In this document: positions 27,245 through 31,744 of the stretch, piece after piece
Numbering within the stretch: the first letter of the stretch is position 1
Layout: each line of letters begins with the position of its first letter
Assembly (NCBI GenBank): GCA_043803405.1
Contig: JAZDKB010000034.1
Span: forward strand, 1 to 31,744
DNA from: Spirochaetota bacterium
GTDB lineage: Bacteria; Spirochaetota; UBA4802; JAFGDQ01
Reading direction: 5' to 3'
DNA length: 31,744 nucleotides
Notes under the pieces: model-generated
The model's input: only the letters and a program-made list of their open reading frames with translations
What the model was told of the DNA's origin: nothing
The model's database searches: none
Made by a program: the position numbers and the translations under genes

Positions 27245-27262
27245 AAAACCCACGGTTTTTTT
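27233..27262 (+). terminator. Intrinsic terminator (attenuator 3:4 hairpin)
   Basis: AAACCGTGGG-CAAAAA-CCCACGGTTT, with a run of 7 T at 27256-27262; about 80 nt upstream of the dehydratase start. Confidence 0.85.
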
Positions 27263-27278
27263 GTTTTAGGGCACAACA

Positions 27279-27305
27279 CAGGGGCTTGCCCCTGGGAATT
27301 TTATT
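27279..27305. repeat. CAGGGGCTTGCCCCTG palindrome; second copy of the 283-307 repeat
   Basis: 24/25 identity with 283-307. Confidence 0.6.
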
Positions 27306-27342
27306 ATAGTTTTAAAAAATACAAATACAATTGGGGGAAAGT

Positions 27343-28590
27343 ATGTCTTTGGAGAAAAAAGCAGTAAGAAAAAAAATTAAAACCGCCGAAGCCATGGGCA
27401 AATATATGGCTGCTTATTATTATGAACTTGATAGTGCTTCAAAGAAAGGAGATAAAAAAATAGCATGGTGCACAAGCGTTGGGCCTGCCGAATTATTAAG
27501 GGCAATGGGTTTTCTGATTTACTTCCCTGAAACGCACGCTGCAATGCTGGGAAGTACGCGAATGTCGACTGATTATATTCCCTATGCTACGGCTCTGGGA
27601 TATTCTCCCGATGTCTGCTCATATATGACATCGGATATCGGGGCATTTACTCAGGGTGTAACACCGCTGTCTAAAGCATTTCCCGGTATAACAAGCATTC
27701 CCAAACCGGATGTTCTTGTTTTTAATACGAATCAGTGCAGGGATGTTCAGGACTGGTTCGAGTGGTATGCAAGGAAATATAAAGTTCCGGTTATGGGGGT
27801 AAGCGGAAACAGGAGCGTTATAGACAGCAAGGAAAGTATTGTAACATCGATGAAAAAACAGATCGAGGAGCTGGTTGATCCTCTCGAAAAGATTTCCGGA
27901 AATAAATTCGATATTGATAAATTAAAGGATGCAGTCGGGCTTTCACGCAAATGTTCCGACCTCTGGAAAGAGACGCTTGAATCGGCCTCTGCTGTTCCCG
28001 GGCCTTTGACTTTCTTTGACGGCTGCACTCTTATGGGCCCGGCTGTTGTCGGCAGGGGCACTCAGGCTGCTGTCGATATTTACACCGATCTGCTTAACGA
28101 GATGAAAGAGAGAATAAAAAACAAGGAGGGCGCTATTCCGGAGGAGAAATTCCGTCTTTACTGGGATGGCATGCCGGTATGGGGAAGGCTGGGCGCGCAT
28201 TCCCAGATGTTCGCTGAATTAAAAGCGAATGTTCTTGCTTCCACTTACTGCAGCAGCTGGATATTCACTGCTCTTGAAGCTGCCGATCCGTTCAGGAGCA
28301 TGGCACAGGCGTACACTGACTTGTTTATTGTCCGCTCCGATGAATACAAAGAACAGTATGTTAAAGATAAAATAGATTTGTATAAGGTTGACGGCATAAT
28401 TTATCATGACTCAAAGACATGCCCTAATAATACAAATTGCCGTTATGGTTTATCCAAACGCATAGAAGAAAGAACCGGCTTGCCGGGTCTTACTATTTAT
28501 GGCGATCTGAACGATCTAAGATGTCTTTCGGATGAACAGACAAAGACGAATGTAGAAGCATTTATTGAGCAGCTCGCGGAAAATAAATAA
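27343..28590 (+). CDS. 2-hydroxyacyl-CoA dehydratase family subunit (HgdA/FldB/HadB/BcrB-like, HGD-D domain)
   Basis: IAWCTSVGPAELLRAMG..FPE, GYSPDVCSY, PKPDVL...NQC, FRLYWDG.P.W, VDGIIYH...C, GDLND. ATG at 27343 has a GGGGG RBS (track start 27331). Confidence 0.9.
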   Translation: MSLEKKAVRKKIKTAEAMGKYMAAYYYELDSASKKGDKKIAWCTSVGPAELLRAMGFLIYFPETHAAMLGSTRMSTDYIPYATALGYSPDVCSYMTSDIGAFTQGVTPLSKAFPGITSIPKPDVLVFNTNQCRDVQDWFEWYARKYKVPVMGVSGNRSVIDSKESIVTSMKKQIEELVDPLEKISGNKFDIDKLKDAVGLSRKCSDLWKETLESASAVPGPLTFFDGCTLMGPAVVGRGTQAAVDIYTDLLNEMKERIKNKEGAIPEEKFRLYWDGMPVWGRLGAHSQMFAELKANVLASTYCSSWIFTALEAADPFRSMAQAYTDLFIVRSDEYKEQYVKDKIDLYKVDGIIYHDSKTCPNNTNCRYGLSKRIEERTGLPGLTIYGDLNDLRCLSDEQTKTNVEAFIEQLAENK

Positions 28591-28613
28591 ATAATAATAA
28601 CCGGTAAAATCCT

Positions 28614-29996
28614 ATGGCGCTTACAAAAAACATAATTAATGATCTGAAAAAATTAGCAGGGGAGGGCGGCGTTTTAAGTGCAGAGGCCGACCTGGCCGCG
28701 TACTCCTATGACGGGACAACTAACTGGCAGTCGATGCCGGAAGCAGTTGTGTTCACGGCCACTGCTGAGCAAATATCCGGCATAATGAAGCTGGCAAGCG
28801 CGAATACGATACCTGTAACAATGCGCGGAGCAGGCACGTGCCTCAGCGGAGGGCCTGTGCCTGTTGCGGGCGGGATTGTCATCTGCACAACGCGCATGAA
28901 CAGGATCATTGAGATCGATAAAGAAAATTTTACCGTGACTGCCGAAGCCGGCGTTGTTTTGAACAATATGAATCTGGAGCTTGCTAAAAACAAACTCTTT
29001 TTCCCGCCCGATCCGCAGAGCTTTCTGGCAGCAACAATAGGCGGCTGCGTTTCCGAAGGCGCCGGCGGCCCGTACGCAGTAAAGTACGGCGTATTCAAGC
29101 ATTATATACTCGGCATGACTGTTGTACTGGTCAACGGCACGGTCATGAATCTGGGCGGGAACACTGTGAAGAACGTGACAGGCTACGATCTTCCGCAGCT
29201 GATATGCGGCTCCGAGGGCACTTTGTGCGCCGTAACGCAGGTGAAGCTTCGGGTGCTGCCGCGTCCTGAGGCTGTGCAGACTATCATGGCTGTATTCAAC
29301 GATGTTACTGATTCAGGGCGCGCTGTGCACCTGGTGCGGTCGAGCGGGGTTATCCCTGCAAAGATCGAGATGATAGACAACTGGGTGATACGCCGCATTG
29401 AAGAAGCAATGCCGATGAACCTGCCTTTGACTGCGGATGCGATTCTTCTGTTTGAGCTTAACGGCACACGCGAGACCATTGCAAAGGAAAACGATTTAGT
29501 CGTAAAGCTGTGTAAAGAAGCAGGGGCAGTGGATGTACGGCCTGCCAGGGATGCAAAGGATTCGGACAATCTATGGGCTGCGCGTAGGGCAGGCTTCTCA
29601 ATGATTTACGGAGCAGCAGCGACTGTTATGGCTGAGGATGTTGTTGTACCCACAAGCAAAATACCTGAATTTATTGACCGGATCAAGCAGATACGAAAGA
29701 AATATGATGTAACAACAGTAATAATAGGCCATGCGGGGGACGGGAACCTGCATCCTTCTGTGCTCACGGATAAAAAAGACGCGGAACATTACGCGAGGTC
29801 CGAAAAGGCTGTTGAGGAGATATTTAAAACAGCGCTGGAACTTGGTGGGGCGATATCCGGCGAGCACGGCATAGGACTTGAGAAAAAGAGATTTTTGAAG
29901 CAGGCGATATCTCGGGAAGAAATTACGCTCCTGAAAGAAATAAAGAAAGTCTTTGATCCTAAGGGCATACTGAACCCGGGCAAGATATGGGAGTAA
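28614..29996 (+). CDS. glcD: FAD-linked 2-hydroxy-acid oxidoreductase, GlcD/D-lactate dehydrogenase family
   Basis: RGAGTCLSGG, PPDPQS, TIGG, KYG, VKNVTGYDL, GSEGTL, HAGDGNLH, ISGEHGIG, FDPKGILNPGK. Symbol reflects the family; substrate unknown. Confidence 0.88.
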   Translation: MALTKNIINDLKKLAGEGGVLSAEADLAAYSYDGTTNWQSMPEAVVFTATAEQISGIMKLASANTIPVTMRGAGTCLSGGPVPVAGGIVICTTRMNRIIEIDKENFTVTAEAGVVLNNMNLELAKNKLFFPPDPQSFLAATIGGCVSEGAGGPYAVKYGVFKHYILGMTVVLVNGTVMNLGGNTVKNVTGYDLPQLICGSEGTLCAVTQVKLRVLPRPEAVQTIMAVFNDVTDSGRAVHLVRSSGVIPAKIEMIDNWVIRRIEEAMPMNLPLTADAILLFELNGTRETIAKENDLVVKLCKEAGAVDVRPARDAKDSDNLWAARRAGFSMIYGAAATVMAEDVVVPTSKIPEFIDRIKQIRKKYDVTTVIIGHAGDGNLHPSVLTDKKDAEHYARSEKAVEEIFKTALELGGAISGEHGIGLEKKRFLKQAISREEITLLKEIKKVFDPKGILNPGKIWE

Positions 29997-30043
29997 AAAT
30001 AGAAATAAGAACATTAATGAGAGTTAGCGAAGTGTTCGGCTTG

Positions 30044-30157
30044 TCAGTTAAATGTAATTATCATCAATTTTAAGGCGGCAGGATGCCGCCGCAAGCCGCT
30101 TCTTACAGGAAGTAAGCATTAGCGGCGAGAAAATTGATGATAATTACATTTAACTGA
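30044..30157. repeat. 114-bp palindromic (MITE/REP-like) element with perfect 28-bp terminal inverted repeats and two internal GC hairpins
   Basis: TCAGTTAAATGTAATTATCATCAATTTT (30044-30071) and its exact reverse complement (30130-30157). Confidence 0.85.
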
Positions 30158-30204
30158 ATAATCTTTATTACTGGTTAATTTTATTAACATGCGGAGACTG
30201 TGAA

Positions 30205-31440
30205 ATGGCATATCCTATATTAAAAGACTCAACGGATGCTTGCATGAAATGCGGTTTCTGCATGTCCAACTGCCCTGTGTACAATATCGACAAGCTGGAA
30301 GCGCATGTTGCGCGTGGCCGCAACATGCTTATACAGCTTGCTGAAAACAAAAAAATCGTTCCGGATAATTATTATAAATCCATTTTGTATTATTGTCTTT
30401 TGTGCGGCCGGTGCGAGGCAATGTGCCCTGCAAAGGTATTGTCCAATACTATAACCTTAAAGGCAAGGAAAGAGCTGATAAAGCAGACCGGGCTGTCGCT
30501 TATGCAGCGCCTTGTTTACAGGGGTTTGATAAAGCACCGTTCGTTCTTTGCGCGGCTGGGAGCTTTGGCGACGCTTGTTCCGGGACTGACTGCGAAAGAG
30601 AATCAGCCGATCCGTCATTTCCCGGATATTGTTTCAGCAGCACTGACCGGCGTATCCTTCCCAAGATTATCCGTACCGTTTTTGACGAAGCGTGTTAAAA
30701 AGAAAGCGAAGAGTGAAAGCGTGTGGCAGGCCGCAAAGATCGCGTTTTTCTCAGGCTGCCTTACCGAGTTCTTTTTCGCGAGTACAGGCACAGACATGAT
30801 TTCTATATTACAGCAGGCAGGGTACAACGTCGATCTTCCGGAGCAGACATGCTGCGGTCTTGCAGTGTACTCTGCAGGGGATTTCGATACTGCTGTTGTA
30901 ATGGCAAAACGCAACATTGATTCATTATCCGGATACGATTATATTGTCACTGGCTGCGCGAGTTGCAGTTCAACTTTGAAAGGCTACGTGAACTGGTTCG
31001 ATGAAGGAGAATATAAACAGAAGGCAGTTGAGCTTTCAAAGAAAGTGAAGGACTTTGCACAGTTTATTGTTCAGCAGGATATTAAACCGAAAGGCGTCTC
31101 GGGCAAACCATTAAAGGTTACGTATCATGATCCATGCCATCTTCGATGGAAGCAGGGCATACTTGCAGAGCCGAGGGCTGTGCTTAAAAATATTGACGGA
31201 GTCGAGTTTGTCGAGATGGAGGGCGCGGATTCGTGCTGCGGTCTTGGCGGATCGTTCGGGATTACGCACCCGGACGTTAGCAAAGCTATACAGGCAAAGA
31301 AAGTCGAAGCAATAAAAAAAAGCGGAGCGGACGTCGTTGTCACATCTTGCCCGGGCTGCATGATACAGCTAATGGACGGCCTGCGCCGCTATAAGCTGCC
31401 TGTAAAGGTAATGCATATAGCGGAACTGATGAAGAAGTAG
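30205..31440 (+). CDS. glcF: GlcF-like Fe-S subunit (2x[4Fe-4S] plus two CCG domains)
   Basis: CMKCGFCMSNCP, CLLCGRCEAMCP, FSGC, TCCG, CASC, YHDPCH, SCCG, SCPGC. Confidence 0.9.
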   Translation: MAYPILKDSTDACMKCGFCMSNCPVYNIDKLEAHVARGRNMLIQLAENKKIVPDNYYKSILYYCLLCGRCEAMCPAKVLSNTITLKARKELIKQTGLSLMQRLVYRGLIKHRSFFARLGALATLVPGLTAKENQPIRHFPDIVSAALTGVSFPRLSVPFLTKRVKKKAKSESVWQAAKIAFFSGCLTEFFFASTGTDMISILQQAGYNVDLPEQTCCGLAVYSAGDFDTAVVMAKRNIDSLSGYDYIVTGCASCSSTLKGYVNWFDEGEYKQKAVELSKKVKDFAQFIVQQDIKPKGVSGKPLKVTYHDPCHLRWKQGILAEPRAVLKNIDGVEFVEMEGADSCCGLGGSFGITHPDVSKAIQAKKVEAIKKSGADVVVTSCPGCMIQLMDGLRRYKLPVKVMHIAELMKK

Positions 31441-31493
31441 ATGTAAACTTGGCCGGATAAGCAGGACTGCCTAATTTTAAAAGTGTGGCTAAA

Positions 31494-31615
31494 AACTCAT
31501 CCCCCATCCCCTTGCGCGGAGCCTCCCTTTGGGACTCTTTAAAAAGAGAAGGGGAGAAAAACATCCAATTCCCCGTGCAAAGCCTACCATGGGACTCTTT
31601 GCAAAGCAGAGAGGG
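31494..31615. repeat. REP-like double-hairpin repeat (inverted, diverged copy of 130-212) carrying two micro-insertions
   Basis: Aligns with the reverse complement of 130-212 once 31514-31534 and 31575-31594 are removed. Confidence 0.8.
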
Positions 31616-31744
31616 TTTACTATGTTAGTAGTGAGTTGACAAAATAAGGATAAAGGCCACCTTCTTTAAGAGTTTTAAGTTGCGAAGTTAAAAAACAAAG
31701 GAGGCAGCCTTTATGGATAGAAGGATAAGTGAGAACGTATTAAA
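31613..31744 (+). mobile_element. Left end of a putative insertion sequence with the start of a probable transposase (ATG 31713, MDRRISENVL...), truncated by the contig end
   Basis: Identical to the reverse complement of 1-132. TTGACA 31636-31641, AGGAGG 31699-31704, hairpin covering RBS and start. Confidence 0.65.

Noticed and set aside
27032..27253. 73-aa minus-strand ORF over the attenuator
   Set aside because: No recognisable domain; it is antisense to a promoter/leader region and compositionally looks like translated AT-rich spacer.
27137..27262. T-box or metabolite riboswitch upstream of the dehydratase
   Set aside because: No T-box consensus (AAGGTGGTACC-like) or recognisable aptamer. 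The leader-peptide model explains the helices.
1566..31361. Numerous 60-140-aa ORFs overlapping the main genes in antisense or alternate frames (e.g. 13254-13646, 28674-29102, 29598-30014)
   Set aside because: Shadow ORFs of well-supported genes with no motifs of their own.
28614..31440. Plain glycolate oxidase glcDEF operon
   Set aside because: No glcE is present, and the context (dehydratase, Phe-rich leader) argues for a different 2-hydroxy acid. Only the family-level call is kept.
31340..31564. 74-aa minus-strand ORF
   Set aside because: It is a translation of the REP-like repeat plus the antisense of the glcF end.
1..31744. Linear plasmid, phage or giant transposon with terminal inverted repeats
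   Set aside because: The cargo is chromosomal housekeeping (argS, efp, aroQ), with no replication, capsid or internal transposase genes. The repeat runs off both edges inside an ORF and its length matches a common assembler k-mer.

Overview
A 31.7-kb AT-rich bacterial chromosomal contig, probably from an anaerobic Spirochaetota lineage related to Leptospirae (inferred from gene content and an ArgRS motif variant). It carries: (i) housekeeping genes (TPR/OB-fold membrane protein, DUF2273, efp, Xaa-Pro peptidase, aroQ, a large TPR protein, argS); (ii) a signalling block (CHASE2 adenylate cyclase, DHH phosphoesterase, SpoIIE/PP2C-TPR, FGE/SUMF1 protein, PPP phosphatase, lipoprotein); (iii) a YejABE/OppDF-type peptide ABC importer interrupted by vapBC and GNAT-HEPN-MNT inserts; (iv) an HD-GYP protein; (v) a 2-hydroxyacyl-CoA dehydratase-glcD-glcF operon. 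The main candidate for an undescribed system is an unannotated Phe-rich leader peptide with a complete classical attenuator (protector, antiterminator, terminator) in front of operon (v). It suggests a Phe-starvation-induced anabolic route running cinnamate/phenyllactate to phenylpyruvate. Other highlights: both contig ends are the same IS-like left end (141-nt perfect inverted identity) sitting at the same position in a diverged REP-like repeat; one REP copy carries two related 20-21-nt micro-insertions; the cyclase has an ACP-like domain inserted in its CHASE2 sensor; and a 114-bp palindromic element lies between glcD and glcF. All family assignments come from motif recognition by eye; no database search was run.
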